Source: Octopus sinensis (Eukaryota). Taken from it: 64,000 nt of DNA. The notes under the pieces were generated by a model. It did no database searches. It saw only the letters and a list, made by a program, of their open reading frames with translations, and was not told the DNA's origin. The stretch spans positions 34,968,001 to 35,032,000 of the forward strand of contig NC_043001.1 of assembly GCF_006345805.1 (NCBI RefSeq). The letters run 5' to 3'. Positions 35,990 through 50,554 of the stretch are shown here, piece by piece (position 1 is the first letter of the stretch; the number at the start of each line of letters is the position of its first letter). The translations under genes were made by a program, and so were the position numbers.

Positions 35990-36850
35990 TGTTTAATGAT
36001 CATGTATTTTGTAACTGGACTCCGTGGTTAAACCCCAAGTGCTTCGAGTGCATGATATAAGGATAGATTAAAATACGAGGACCATATTACAGAGAATGCT
36101 CTCTGCTTCTACCATGGCATGTTACTCAAGCTATTATTGAATGGCATAAATATAGACGAGACATCAGATGTACAGGGATAGGAACTGACAAAGCTGCAAA
36201 ACTCATACTTATTTTACAGGTACCTCAATTGCGTGAGATGTAATGTTTTCCAACTGGAGCAATCTTGATTTTCCCGCTCAGCCCTCTGAGTTCTTCAAAA
36301 TAAATCCATATATGATAATCGGCTAAGTATAATGCCTGCAACATACCCTCATAATTTCTGGACTACCATTTATGTTAGAAATAATAAGTATTACTGTTAA
36401 TATTTAGAAATAATAATTTTTAATGTATTAATATTATTAATATTGATATCAATATCACTGATATATAGTTTGGATATTAGAGTATGAATATCTTAGATTG
36501 TCGTGTTCAATAAGCGTATGCCGATATTTGGCGGCCTATTCGTCAGATAATATCTGATAACATCAAACTATGACTTAAACTTAAATAGTATGAACGAAAT
36601 AAAGAACGATTTTCTTATAGATTTAAAGTAAAATAGACGAAGTTTCAATGAGAATACCATCTCTCTCACAGTCTTCTTTTCTTCTTCCTCACATTCGCTC
36701 ACTCAAATGTACTTAATGTAATTCAAATCCGGGATCTCCAGAATGCCGGAGAGACAAGATATACAGACACGCAAATATACATGCTCATACACACAATGGT
36801 ATTTATGCACATATGTCGGCGAATTTAAATTCACACTTGATTTATAAATA

Positions 36851-36917
<67 letters not shown>

Positions 36918-37609
36918 GTGCAATAACTGCTCTGTATGAATGCAGGTAGACTTGGCTGGATTATAGTTAGCAAATTAACTGGCGCCAACCCAACAAATTG
37001 AAGATTACATCAATTAATTTGACTTTCTTTTTAAGGAGAATGCCAGGGGCAATATGGCCAATGGAATGGCAGCTAGACGAAATATCTCCATTTCTCTTTT
37101 TGATCATTTACCGCAAAGAAGGTGCATTTGTGAGCAGTTGCTATTAGGTTACACATATTTTAATTCTAACAGGGGCACCGAAGTACATGATTAAAGAAAT
37201 AGCCCGAAACACAATATCATTTTACTAAATAATATTGATGGTTTCCATTGATACAGACTCACACCCAAACATCCATATTTGTAATGCGTTGAGTAAATCG
37301 ACTTCAATATGCGATGTATTCTATTGCTCCCGATGAATAAATATAATGACAAGCTGTCTGTATTCGCAACGTGCCTACGAACGAATACACACACATGCAC
37401 ACACACATGTATGGATGTATGCACGTATGAATAAATTACTTTTCTTTGAATTGAATTTAAGTTCAAGCTGGTTGTTAACAAAGCAATAAAACTTTTTGAG
37501 GTAAAAAAGTTCCCAGTGTTTGTAAATATGTGATTGAGCTGGTGTCTTGGCTGTACTGGCGATGCATACACCCAAGTGTGTGCAGCTATTCACATCAGAA
37601 TCTCACATG

Positions 37610-37800
37610 GATAACTTCTGGAGCGTCTTACAGATCTTCATTCTGCAACTAATAGATTGGATTTGGAGAATCCGCGTCAGTTTCGTTTGCTCTTTCTCCG
37701 TGAAACCAAATGCTTCTAGGTTAGTGTGCGAATTAGTTGGTACATAACCTGAAACTTTGATAGTCAGTACAAAAGCTATAAGTTCTGCATTAACTTGCCA
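37610..37800 (-). mobile_element. Old R4/Dong-like LINE C-terminus (D1)
   Basis: SGYVPTNSHTNLEAFGFTEKEQTKLTRILQIQSISCRMKICKTLQKL, homologous to the 9838 element. Confidence 0.7.
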
Positions 37801-39173
37801 TAAACGTTCTCTTTTCCCCGGACTTTTGATTGCACATTCACATCCGTTGGGCGCTGAGCTCTACAACAGTGCATGACTTTGTTCCATGTCATATAGAACA
37901 ATATCAGATTATTATGTTTGCACCGAATTGATGTTATTTTTTATTGGGATATTCCACTAGTATTCGCGAAACAAACTCTTACCTTCAGTTTTAATAAAAA
38001 GAAAAAAAACAATCTGTATTGGGTATATTCGACTTTAAGCAAACCAGTTTTAGATGCTACTACTTCGTTCAAGACCTGATAGAAATCCTTAGACGAAGGT
38101 GCTTAATTGTGAGGGCTCTAGTTCGTTTAGATATTATAACAGATATTCTTGATGACTCTTAAGTCGGCTCGTATCTGACTGCATCCACATCTTCCGTGGC
38201 AAATTGCTGGCGAAAAGGCGATTTTTATCAGAGAAATTAATGCAGTTAAACTGTAGACGTAACATCAATAACATCAATTGATCGAGCGTTTTTGATTATA
38301 TAGACAATGCAAAATATAGTGGACATGCACTCTAGATATACAAATATATAATTTCGTAGATTTCATTAATCCCGTGACCTGGTTTCCTTCAGATATATAT
38401 GTTTAGCTAGTTAATAAAAAACATGTCTGCGGTTTTAAATTCAGACATGTTAATATGCAGATTGCTTTTCTAATGTATATTCCAGATTTGAAAAAAGAGT
38501 TCAAATAACAGATGTGAAATGATATCCTTCATATTCTGCTGCCCGATAATGTCTCCTCCCAAGGAGAACACACACATTGATAGAGAGAAGAATGTGTGTA
38601 GGATCATCTTATACAGATAATCACAATTCCATCTTACATTTGTATGAAGTAAAGGATAATTCTGGCGACGTATGCTTGCCGACTAAAGAAGTACGACATC
38701 CGTATGACAGTGTCGCGGTCAATGTTTGCTCATAGCATTTGAAACGTTAATTAAATCACTTGTTGTCAGTCTCTACAATGAGAAATATCTGTTAAAAATA
38801 ATATTTTCTAGATATGGAACCTGTATAAATCTTCATATATATTTTCTGTTCAATTTGTAAATAAGGTCATCTCTCTTGCTTAGTATGCATTTTGGCTAGC
38901 AACGTCATCTAAATTTTCAGCTTGTATATCATCATTATTCCTAGTCATTACTTAATTAATATACGTTGTGGTGTTTTAATGAATGGAACGAAAGAAGTAA
39001 ATCTGCATATTTCTGTACTGTAACTACTCAGTAGAGCTTTCTATGTATCAAACATGACTAATGATTAACCCTTAAAGAAGTTCCTCTTTCATTTTACTAG
39101 ATATTATGCATCTCGGTGAGTTTTGAATTTCGGTTGTGACAAATTCACTGCTTTTTCACGCAGTAACTTATAT

Positions 39174-39356
39174 GAAATCTTCAAATAGAATTATTCATAT
39201 TAGAGCGAAAGAATGAATAAATATTGATTATTGATTTTTGTATATATCACAACCATTTTGTGAAGAAATCTTCAAATAGAATTATTCATATTAGAGCGAA
39301 AGAATGAATAAATATTGATTATTGAATTTTGTATATGATCACAACATTTTGTGAAG
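39174..39356. repeat. 91-bp tandem duplication
   Basis: GAAATCTTCAAATAGAATTATTC starts at 39174 and 39265. Confidence 0.9.
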
Positions 39357-39464
39357 AAAGCAGTTGTTTTAAGTTCCCTGTTACTTATTTTATCAAATAC
39401 AAAAAGAGATCCAAAGACTTTTTCAGCAAACATTCTATAAAAATGGAAACAATATAGCAGGAAC

Positions 39465-39690
39465 ATAAGGTGGCAAGGCAGAAGAATCGTTTACACACCG
39501 GCCAAAGTAATCTACGGTAGTTCGTCCTTCTGTACATTCTGAGTTCAAATTTCACTGGGGTCAACTTTACCCTCAACCATTTTGGGGTCGATAAAATAAG
39601 TATCAGCCAAGTAGTGGGGTCGATGTATTCAACTAACCTTCTTACACAAAATTTCTGGTTTTGTGCCAAAATTTGAAATCAATATAACAA
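39465..39690 (+). mobile_element. SINE family C, older subfamily
   Basis: AAGGTGGCAAGGCAGAAGAATCGTT...GAGTTCAAATT...GTGCCAAAATTTGAAATCAATAT. Confidence 0.75.
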
Positions 39691-39844
39691 ACGTATTTAT
39701 CGTCAATAAAATGTGAATGACGCTTTCTCACTCTCTCTCTTCATTTCAAACACATCGGAATTTAATTTTGCTAGTATCTACACGAAAATACGAAGAAGAC
39801 TACATGCCTTTAGCCACAAATTGTACTCATAGATATTCTTTTCT

Positions 39845-39968
39845 ACTCTAGGCACAAGGCCCGAAATTTTGTGGGGAGGGACCAGTCGATTCGATCGACC
39901 CCAGTACGCAACTGGTGCTTAATTTATCGACCCCGAAAGGATAACAGAAAAAGCTGACCTCGGCGGAA
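39845..39968 (-). mobile_element. SINE family C, 3' half
   Basis: Reverse complement gives CCGCCGAGGTCAGC...GGGGTCGATAAATTAAGCACCAGTTGCGTACTGGGGTCGATC. Confidence 0.75.
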
Positions 39969-40158
39969 GTACTCATACATTTTGAAAAGACATTATTACC
40001 AGTATTTTGCTGAGTAAAATACAATATTTATATAGCATTAGCAATTCATACTTATTTTCGTCGTATACATTTGTCAATTGTAAGAGATGATGTGCATGTA
40101 CATTGGTAGAAATGATGGTGACAGTGGTAACAAACGTATCCCTAATGATCCAACCATC

Positions 40159-41191
<1,033 letters not shown>

Positions 41192-41502
41192 ATCATAGGC
41201 AAGCAAACTTCTTGATCTCCTTTCTGGCATTATTTCATTTCCTTTCTCTTTGACATTTTTCTTTACAAATTTTATTTCTTTCTCTATTCTTTTTCTTTCT
41301 TTTTTTCTTTCGTTTTGGTTATTTTTCTTCTTTCCTATTTATTTTATGTGTCTTCAACGCGCATGTTTTTGCTTCTTAAACAGCTCAACAGCTTCTGTTA
41401 ACTCTAAGTCTACTATCACTTCACACAGAGGCGCGGACACACACACACGAATTCATGTATAGGTAAGTCCACACACATACACCCATATGCATGAATGCTT
41501 GT

Positions 41503-41545
<43 letters not shown>

Positions 41546-41916
41546 GATGTGTGTCTACGAAACACAAGTTCATAAACTTTACAAATGTTTGATTGCGTGA
41601 TAATCTAAACTTGGTAAATATTATATTTGGTGGAAGCACTTGAATGCAATTGCAATAAAAGCATGATTCTTTGTTGACACTCTTGATTCAATTGTGAAAA
41701 AAAAACGTTGGCCACCACATCTCAGCTGAAATCCTAACACTATGATACTTCCAATCGTCATCCAAGTAATTGAACTGCTGAAAATCTGTTTGAACTATTA
41801 GCGAAAGTTTCAGCGATTGAAAACATACAAGGATATATATCTAATATATATATTATATATATTAATATATATATAATTATATATATATTATTATATATAT
41901 ATATATATATTTATAT

Positions 41917-41959
<43 letters not shown>

Positions 41960-41988
41960 TATATATATTATATATATAACAACATATG

Positions 41989-42030
<42 letters not shown>

Positions 42031-42194
42031 ATATATGTATGTATGTATTTGTTTATATAAATGTTTCAAAATCACTAAAGTAAATAATAGTAAATAAACG
42101 CATACAAACATGTAGCGGGGAGAGAGATGGACATGATATATATAAATACATTACATAAAAATTTCCTTGTCTCTCTTACTGTCCGTTTCTCTCT

Positions 42195-42236
<42 letters not shown>

Positions 42237-42721
42237 CACACACACGCACACACACACACACATACACACACGATCACATGAATATCTTTGTGTGTTTTTT
42301 TTTTGTGCAAGACTATGTGTGTGTGTATCTGCCTACGTATGTATGTAGCGAGTGAATATGCTTGTTTTCTTCTTCTTTTTGTAAGAATGTGAATAAAGCT
42401 TCATATTAAACACAATTTTCTAATTACTAATAACGTGACAACCCTTGATTTTCTAAATATTTTTCCTCCATAAACTGTATTTCCTATCCCTTTCACTTGC
42501 AATGAAATTGTATAAGTAATTACGAGTATAACAAAATCCGGTGAGATTGCTACTACTTAGCAATTCAACACAAATTTTTGTAAAGATGATCAGTTAACTT
42601 GCCAAATATTTAGAGAGACTTGTGGTGTTCTAATGTCCGGCTTTAATCTACTGCCTCTAAACGTTGTAAACCGCGACAGGCTATAGATTTGGCCAGAAAG
42701 ATATACCAAAAAAAAAAAAAA

Positions 42722-43140
42722 AAAGGCGGCGAGCTGGTAAAAATGTTAGCACGCCGGGTGAAATGGTTAGTGGTGTTTCGTCTGCTGCTATGTTCTGAGT
42801 TCAAATTCCGCCGTGGTCGAGTTTGCCTTTCATCCTTTCGGGGTCGATTAAATAAGTACCAGTTATGTACTGGGGTCGATATAATCGAGCTAATCCGTTT
42901 GTCTATCCTTGTTTGTCCTCTGTGTTTCGCCCCTTGTGGATAGTAAAGAAATAGGTATTTTTCTGCCGTTACGTTCTGAGTTCAAATTCCGCCTAGGTTG
43001 ACTTTGCCTTTCATCCTTTCGGAGTCGATAAATTATGTACCAGTTACGTACTGGGGTCGATGTAATCGACTTAATCCCTTTGTCTGTCCTTGTTTGTACC
43101 CTCTGTGTTATAGCCCTTTGTGGGCAATAAAGAAATAAAA
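42722..43140 (+). mobile_element. SINE family C dimer (full copy plus 5'-truncated second unit)
   Basis: The second unit restarts at GTATTT..CTGCCGTTACG immediately after AAAGAAATAG (~42955). Confidence 0.85.
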
Positions 43141-43664
43141 TGAGAAAGAAATACAAAAGGGAGAATGAGAAGATGCGAACTATCTACACCAATACTTGAC
43201 TGATAGTTTATTCATCGACACCTAAAGGATAAAATGCAACGGTGATGACATGAATTGAAGCCACAGAGTAGAAATTTGAAATGTATATCACAAAACATTA
43301 TATCCAGTGCTTTACAGCCACAACTAATCCACTCTTGTATTTAGAGAATGCCTTCTTTGTAGTGTCCATCAGTTTGGTGCTTCGAGGTTGTGTGCCTCTT
43401 ATTCTTTGATGTCTGTCACGGATGGTTAGATGACGTTCCGGCGAACTCCAGAAATAAAATTAGTATTGCTACAGACGATGTTTCAGGGGAACAACTTTGA
43501 GGATCAGCGCATTGTAGCTGGGCGTCTCTCGTTCTCAGTTTCTATACTTTCGAGTTTCTTGGTGCAGATAGTTGTAAGCAGACTGTTATTGAAACAGATG
43601 CACCTGCTGTGATTACAACCTTAAATCATCAGCTTTTTTTGTTTTCTATCTGCATTCTTAGCAG

Positions 43665-44245
43665 GACAGGTCTCTGGTATACTTGTCTGTGGAATATGCA
43701 ACGCTGAAGATGAAATTGTGGCTCATTTTGCTTCAGAATATCCACAGCTTAGAATTAGAACAAAATTTAAGGTATAGTTAATTTTTTTCAAAACCTCAGT
43801 GGAATTTTTATGAGAGATTCAGATCTGCATGCACAGAAAAGAGCTATGAACATTTTGTTGAAAGAAGAATACATGTCCTTGAAAACCATGAAGTGAAAGT
43901 ATTATGTAACTTAACTGTATAAAGCTAAAGGAGAATAGAGCACATTAACCTGAATAATCTAATTGTTGACATGAACACGTGTTACGTAATCGAGGGGATA
44001 TGCACATTTAATACTCGAGTTAAGAAAAATAAAGAAGTAAGAATAGAGTTTGTACGAATTTGATCTATGAAATTCTGAAATAATGGGATACAGAAATTGA
44101 CAAGATCGCGATCTTGCGGATTTTTATTACTGTTTTGGGAACAGTGACCAGAAATTTAAGAGCAAACGCTCGAAGTCTAGTTCTTTATCTGGGAGTGGGT
44201 GCAATTCAGAAAACCGTTCTACTAGGATCGGGCAGATATTATATG
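43665..44245 (+). mobile_element. Decayed R4/Dong-like LINE 3' portion (D2)
   Basis: VCGICNAEDEIVAHFASEYPQL (degenerate CCHC knuckle), YEHFVERRIHVLENHEVKVL and LGTVTRNL...IQKTVLLGSGR occur in the expected order. Confidence 0.65.
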
Positions 44246-44444
44246 GAAAGTCCTGGATACCGAGTAAAGGTAAATGTGTACAGCATAAAGGGCTGTTGCA
44301 AAAGAACGAACAAAACCCCTCTTTATGCTTTTCAACATATTCGGTGACGTCGATGAAGTTCAACATTGGGTTGTGGCCTGGTAAGAAGCATAATAAATCC
44401 TTAACTAAACCGGTACGCCATCCGTGTCATATAACAGTAAAATT

Positions 44445-44521
44445 ATAGTTGTAGTAGTAGTAGTAGTAGTCGTCGTCGTCGTCGTCGTCGTCGTCGTAGT
44501 AGTAGTAGTAGTAGTAGTAGT

Positions 44522-44569
<48 letters not shown>

Positions 44570-44575
44570 TCAGCA
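44445..44575. repeat. (GTA)n/(GTC)n microsatellite
   Basis: Read directly from the sequence. Confidence 0.95.
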
Positions 44576-44884
44576 GCAGCGGTAGTAGTAATTCTTCATC
44601 ACTACGAAAAATATAAGTTTATACTTCAAGTAACCTATTTTGTTGCTGAAATTTATAATCGATATCTTATCAATTTCAACATATATCCTCAAGAAAAGAT
44701 AGTAAAGACTTTAAATCAATTACTATCAAAATATTAGTCAAGAAATTGAACTTTGAAAACACAATCGGATATATAGTCTTAAACCTGGAAACAGATAACA
44801 CTACACTAAGATATCCATTGGGTAAACGGGATCGTTAAATTTGTCATAGAAGTAATGTGAAGTTCCCAAATCATATAGATTCAT

Positions 44885-45090
44885 TGGTCCGGTTTCCCAG
44901 AATCCATGTATATGTTCCCAGCCTGGACGTGACGCCGGTCCGTCGCAGGATTATTCATTCTTGTGGACTAAAGCAACGTGAATAAAGTGTTTTGCTCAAG
45001 AGCAGAACGCATCACCCGGTCCAGGAATCGAAATTACAATTTTAAGATTATGATTCCCACACCTTAACTACTGAGCGAAGCACCTTTACT
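44885..45090 (-). mobile_element. tRNA-derived SINE with tail variant c
   Basis: Minus-strand head with TTTCGATTCCTGGACCGGG and core CTTGAGCAAAACACTTTA. The tail is homologous to 35880-35945. Confidence 0.6.
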
Positions 45091-45142
45091 AAACCTAGCA
45101 ACAGACTAAACGAGTGGTTATTAAACATTTCAGAGTGGTTGC

Positions 45143-45206
45143 CAACTGGTTCCCAGCCCTTTTATTGGAATGAGTTTTCACACGGACCCCTTTTAATATG
45201 CTTGTC

Positions 45207-45245
<39 letters not shown>

Positions 45246-45472
45246 CTTTTATTTTTTTATTCTTTTACTTGTTTTAGTCATTTGACTGCAGCCATGCTGG
45301 ATCACCGCCTTTAGTCGAGAAAATCAACCCCAGGACTTATTCATTGTAAGCCTAGTACTTATTCTATCGGTCTGTTTTGCCGAACCTATAAGTTACGGGG
45401 ACGTAAACACACAAGCATCGGTTGTTAATCAATGTTAGGGGTACAAACACTGACACACAAGCATACACACAC

Positions 45473-45557
<85 letters not shown>

Positions 45558-45728
45558 TATATATATATATGTATTATGTATATATACGATGGGCTTCTTT
45601 TAGTTTCGTTTACCAAATCCAAGGCTTTGGTCGGTCCCAAGTGCAATGCAGTAGGACTTAACCCGAAACCATATGGTTGGTAAGCAAGCTACTTACCACA
45701 CAGGCAATCCTGTGTCTATATGTACACT

Positions 45729-45761
<33 letters not shown>

Positions 45762-45851
45762 TGTTATGAAAATTTGGATTTAGTTCACGAACCCCCAGTG
45801 CTACCTTTGCGAACTACCAGGGGGCTGCAGACCTCAGGTTGGGAACCACTG
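45143..45851. mobile_element. Possible hAT-type MITE interrupted by a SINE B
   Basis: The right end GGTTGGGAACCACTG is the reverse of the CAGTGGTTCCCAACC hAT-like TIR. The left end CAACTGGTTCCCAGCC is degenerate and no TSD was found. Confidence 0.4.
45243..45717 (-). mobile_element. SINE family B, full length, with expanded internal microsatellite
   Basis: Reverse complement shows head, core and tail (GGCGGTGATCCAGCATGGCTGCAGTCAAATGAC...AAAAGAATAAAA). Confidence 0.85.
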
Positions 45852-46171
45852 GACTAAATGTTCTGCTCTCGAAGAAAAGAGGCGCTCCAAATAGTTTTCA
45901 CCATAGAATGAAAATCCAAAACTTTTCTCTTAAAATTACTGATTGATTCGAAATATTTCATGCTCAAGGATTCAAGCAGCGAAATTAAACTAGAATCACC
46001 GTTGTTGGGAATAAGGAACGTCTTAATAACACAGAAACGTCTACACTTTTAATTAGCAGAGTATTGTACAGTAGAGAAATCTGAAAGCATCTATATAAGC
46101 ATGTGTATGTGCGAATTTAATGTAAATATAGATATTTAAATATACATATACTAATATAATGTATAATATAT

Positions 46172-46203
<32 letters not shown>

Positions 46204-47163
46204 TATATATATATATATATACACGCACATATCATGTATATATGTGTATATGCATATATGTATGGGTATATATACACATCTGTGTGTGTACAAAGACACA
46301 TATATTTGATATATTTGTATAAGTGTGTATGTCTGTGTATTGATATATAAATGCACATAGGAATATGAATATGTGTATTATATGTGTGTAAGTATGAGTG
46401 TATGCTATTCCTTTCATCCATACATTTATGGCCAGTTCTATTAATGTTCTTATTTTCCTTTCCATTTCTACTTTTATTACGTTCAAAGTGGTCATAGCTT
46501 TGTTCAAATTGCTTTTATTCCCGCAGTTTTGGATAAAAGCCTAGAATGCTGCAGTAATAGTATAGATTTAGTGAAGAAAGAAAATATTTAGTAAAGGGAA
46601 AAAAATTATGTATTTCATAAGAAATAAGCATACAGAAATTCATACGGGAACGTGTTCATATACTGTACAAACACAATCGCAGAGTACTATATATATGTAT
46701 ATGCGCACATGCACATATATACGTGCATGATGTGTATCAAATAAAAGCGGCCTAATATTGTATTCTTTCATTAAAAGAAAAAGCGATTTAGTCGAAGTAA
46801 TTATTTTTAAAAAATGAGATAAAAAGTAGTAGAGAACAAACTCTCAACTTTTACAATGGCTGATCGAATGGCAGGTCGTTACTGTACAAACAAAATAGGT
46901 TTGGCAAATTTTCAACACACTATATCTAAAACCTAAGTTAAATACTCCCTTGTCTATTTTGTAGCACGATGCTGATTCCATCATCATTGAGATGACAGGA
47001 TGCGTACCAACACATCGGGACCACGTGCTACTGAACATGGAATCCTAAAAAATTATCGTATGTTCCTTCACACGCGGCAGGTACAATAACAATCGGAAAC
47101 AACATTCTCAAATTTAAAGAGTAGATAGGCGTGCAAAGGAAATTGAAAAGATTCCTGTTTTTA

Positions 47164-47728
47164 TTGGGTTGTCCGGAAAGTTCGCGCCGGTTTATAGCAG
47201 CTTACTTTTCAACTTATTTTCAAACATGGTTGAGTCTCTTAAATAGGATTTGATTACACCTCCATTTAGAGCACAGTTTAAGCTATCTTTTCGTGGAAGA
47301 AGGTTTATTTTCCTATAAACTATGTTAATTCTGTAACCCTTTAAAATGGAAGATAAGAAATTTCATTTTCGGCACTTGATGCTTTGGGACCGGACAAAAA
47401 TTGCTGCAGCTCGGCTGGGATGTATTACTCCACCCTCCATATTCACCAGATATTGCTCCTTCGGATTTCCACAGATTCAGGTCTCTGCAGAATAGCCTTA
47501 ATGGTAAACATTTTAATTCCTTGGATGACGTAAAAAGATATCTTGATGAATTCTTTGCCATCAAACCACCTCAATTCTGGGGAGAGGGTATTTTCAAGTT
47601 AAAGGAAAGATGGAGACACATTGTGCAACAAAATGGTTCATATTTGGTTGATTAAAAATGTAATGGCAAGAATTTATTGACCTTTTTCTTTCCTTTAAAA
47701 ATCGGCACGAACTTTCTGGACAACACAA
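47164..47728 (+). mobile_element. Internally deleted mariner (565 bp)
   Basis: TIRs TTG[G/T]GTTGTCC[G/A]GAAAGTTCG[C/T]GCCG with TA duplications. MEDKKFHFRHLMLW (47346) is fused to QKLLQLGWDVLLHPPYSPDIAPSDF...NGSYLVD*. Confidence 0.9.
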
Positions 47729-49084
47729 TATATAAATTTCGTTTACACAGTTGATGGAATAACTACTAAAACACCAATCAGGAAGAGGTAATACATATTA
47801 CATTCTTGCATATATCCATATACATACGCATAGGTATAGACACATTCATGAAACACGCTTACCGTACATCAATAATTTAACGGTAAGATGAGAACTGTAT
47901 ACATTTTAAGTATATGCAAGAGTGTAAATTTCATCATGGGAATAAGTGAGGGACACCGGAATAAGTGCTATGAATGTACAGCAATTCCATTTGATTCAGA
48001 TGCTGAAATTGCGACCCGTTCTTATAGAAGCTGGGTGGGAAAATGGCCACCATATCAGCAGGAACCTCTGTATGAGTAGGTATTCAACAAAATAGATGGA
48101 CACAATAGTGTTGAAACTGTGATATACACAGATACTTACATACATACATACATGCATACATATATACATACATACATACATATATACATGCATACATACA
48201 CATACATGTGTACATACATACCTTCCTATTTACCTACGTACGTACGTATCTACCTACCTGCATACATACACACATACACGTATACATTCATAAACACATA
48301 TATGTATATATAAATATGTTTGTGTGAGTAAATAGACAGGTAGATAGACAGATAGATAGATATTGATTACTTACAGAATTCATTAGACTCTTGGAAAATC
48401 CACACTTAAGACAGCTGAAGTGACAAGGTACGATAACATAGGATTCACGGTGAAGTAAAACAACCATGAAAGTATTAAGTGTTGGTGGGTTACTGCAGAT
48501 ATGTAATCACCAAATCCAGTTTAAACCGTAAATCTGAGTTAAGGCTGGTTCTAGACACGAAAGTATAAAAAAAGAACAAAAGTAGGTTTTAAGAATAGAT
48601 GACAACATAGCATAAAATCCACCATCTTCAGGTAAAAGTTTGAGCAGGAGTAAACAGGTTAGATAATACATTGTTGACTAACCCACCCCAAAGTTTTGGA
48701 TATGTGTATATATATACATATACAAATATTTATATACATGACTTTTCATCTCGAAGGAAATGGTGATAGTTAATACATAAAGGATCAAGAAAAGGCATTC
48801 AAAGTATCTGTGATGGAATATGACGAATGATTTATATGAGAGTGACAATTATGCAACTTAGTAATGTTTCAAATTATTACAAGTTTGCAACTTTGAAATA
48901 TAAAACTGCTGCAGCTAAACTTTTACAATGCAATGAGTAAAATTTGTATGACAAATGGTCGCACAAAAAGAATGTATGAACTTGGGTGTATCCCTTTCTT
49001 TATAAATAAACATGTTCTGCTGCGGATAGGACATTCAAATAAACAGCAATCTGGCGTAAACGAGAGGATATATGTTGAAAGTAT

Positions 49085-49277
49085 ATCTATGTTGCTACCC
49101 GCGCGAGTGGAAACGACCACAGGGAAGGCGTCCACGAAAGTGGAGTTACGATTTCAGAAGGGCGATTGAGATCACGTGGATGAGAAAGGCGCGATTCGGA
49201 GGGGAGTGGTCAGCGTGCTGTGACCAGCGGTGTCAAATGGACGCCCGACGGACTGGTCAGTCAAGGTGATCAAGGTG
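49085..49277 (+). mobile_element. RTE-like LINE 3' end
   Basis: YPREWKRPQGRRPRKWSYD matches the RTE C-terminal KRPxGRPxxRWxD motif. Ends in the short repeat CAAGGTGAT x2. Confidence 0.65.
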
Positions 49278-49359
49278 ATATTTATGTTGATTATATTGAT
49301 TTCGATGTAGGTGTTCATCTTACCCTCTACTTTCTAACGTTTTAATATCGGAGATTTTC

Positions 49360-49514
49360 TCGTGATCTACGGTGCAGTGAATTCTGTGTTTTGTATAACG
49401 TAGGATATTCTCGGGTTATGTAGAAAATATTTTTGTAGTAATAGGTAGACCAGGTGTGAAATTAAATTTAGACTCAGAAGCAATATTGTGCGAAAATTTT
49501 ATTTCCCCACGAAT
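49360..49514 (-). mobile_element. Fragment of D1 Dong-like LINE, direct repeat of 51252-51406
   Basis: 155-bp match with few substitutions. Confidence 0.8.
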
Positions 49515-50554
49515 GCTAATAAAATGACTAACAATTCAGTATCTTTATTTCTAGGTGTAAATATTAAGACAGAAAATAACAAATACACATGATTGCTTAT
49601 ATCAAAATCATAGCATATTTGTAATTATGCGAAAATGCTGAATGTCCACAGGCATATGATCAGTAAGTGGGAAAATACTTGTTGAGACGAGCATTTAGAT
49701 TCTCGCCAACAAAAGATACATTAGATCTAGAAATAAATAGAATAAAACAAACCCTAAACAAAACCGCGTATTCTAATAAATGAAACCATAGAAAATAAAC
49801 GTACATATTATTAATCTACAACACAATAAATATAACAGAGCATTTACTTATGAAATCTATACACACCACATAAAGTGTTTTACATCAATAAAATGTCTAA
49901 TGTTTATATAATAGGCGAACGCATTATTAAAGATCTCCTAAAATTGAAGAGAAAAATCGTAGCAACAAACCAGAAACTAACTTTATTGTATATAATATGA
50001 AAAAAAGAAAAAAAAGACAAAAGGAAGCTACAATTGAAAGCCTGTTTATGAATGACAAATTGCAAAGCTTCTAAGTCAGGGAAGAAGGTCCAAATGACTA
50101 ATGGAAGTTATAAATTCGATAACAAATGTGAAAATTATGTGAAATATTGAATTTTAACACTTTCCAGTTTACAGAAGAATATTTACCATGCAAATATTTT
50201 GAGTTCTTTACAATACATGTATATATACAGAATATGTGTCTGTATATATGTACATATTTATGATTCTTTGGAACAGGTTAAAGTTATTTTTCCTTTGTAG
50301 AACTTAAGTCGATCGCTAACAGATTGGTAAGAAGTTTTGCATATCTTGGGGTTTGTAGTTTATCAAACTGGTTGATGTCTGTATGCATGTGTTATGTACA
50401 TACGTGTAGTGTTATATATGCGTAGGTAAACTTGCACTAGTATGCATACCTGTCACAAGAGAATGCAAATGTGCGCATTTCATTAGTGTCTAGATTTGCG
50501 AGAATATATATTCCTGTGATAATACGATTTTGTGCATAGTTTCACACAGACACC

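Noticed and set aside
36020-36360. Protein-like stretch PKCFEC...LLLPWH possibly from another Dong-like knuckle
   Set aside because: The match is too fragmentary to support as a feature.
36490-36555. CTGACGA-ATAGGC...GCTTATT-GAAC on the minus strand
   Set aside because: No stem III or UH site and only partial stem I. At best a dead remnant.
43465-43520. GAAACATCGTC with flanking GCTACA/TGTAGC on the minus strand
   Set aside because: No CUGANGA-like core adjacent to stem I.
43665-43771. Apparent host exon with good splice signals (TTCTTAGCAG...AAG|GTATAG) encoding GQVSGILVCGICNAEDEIVAHFASEYPQLRIRTKFK
   Set aside because: The peptide is a decayed CCHC knuckle of an R4/Dong-like LINE, and further LINE motifs follow in order to 44245. 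Exonisation cannot be excluded without RNA data.
47888-48079. ORF containing KCYECT, reminiscent of a Ly6/three-finger domain start
   Set aside because: No further cysteines in the expected spacing, no signal peptide and no splice support.
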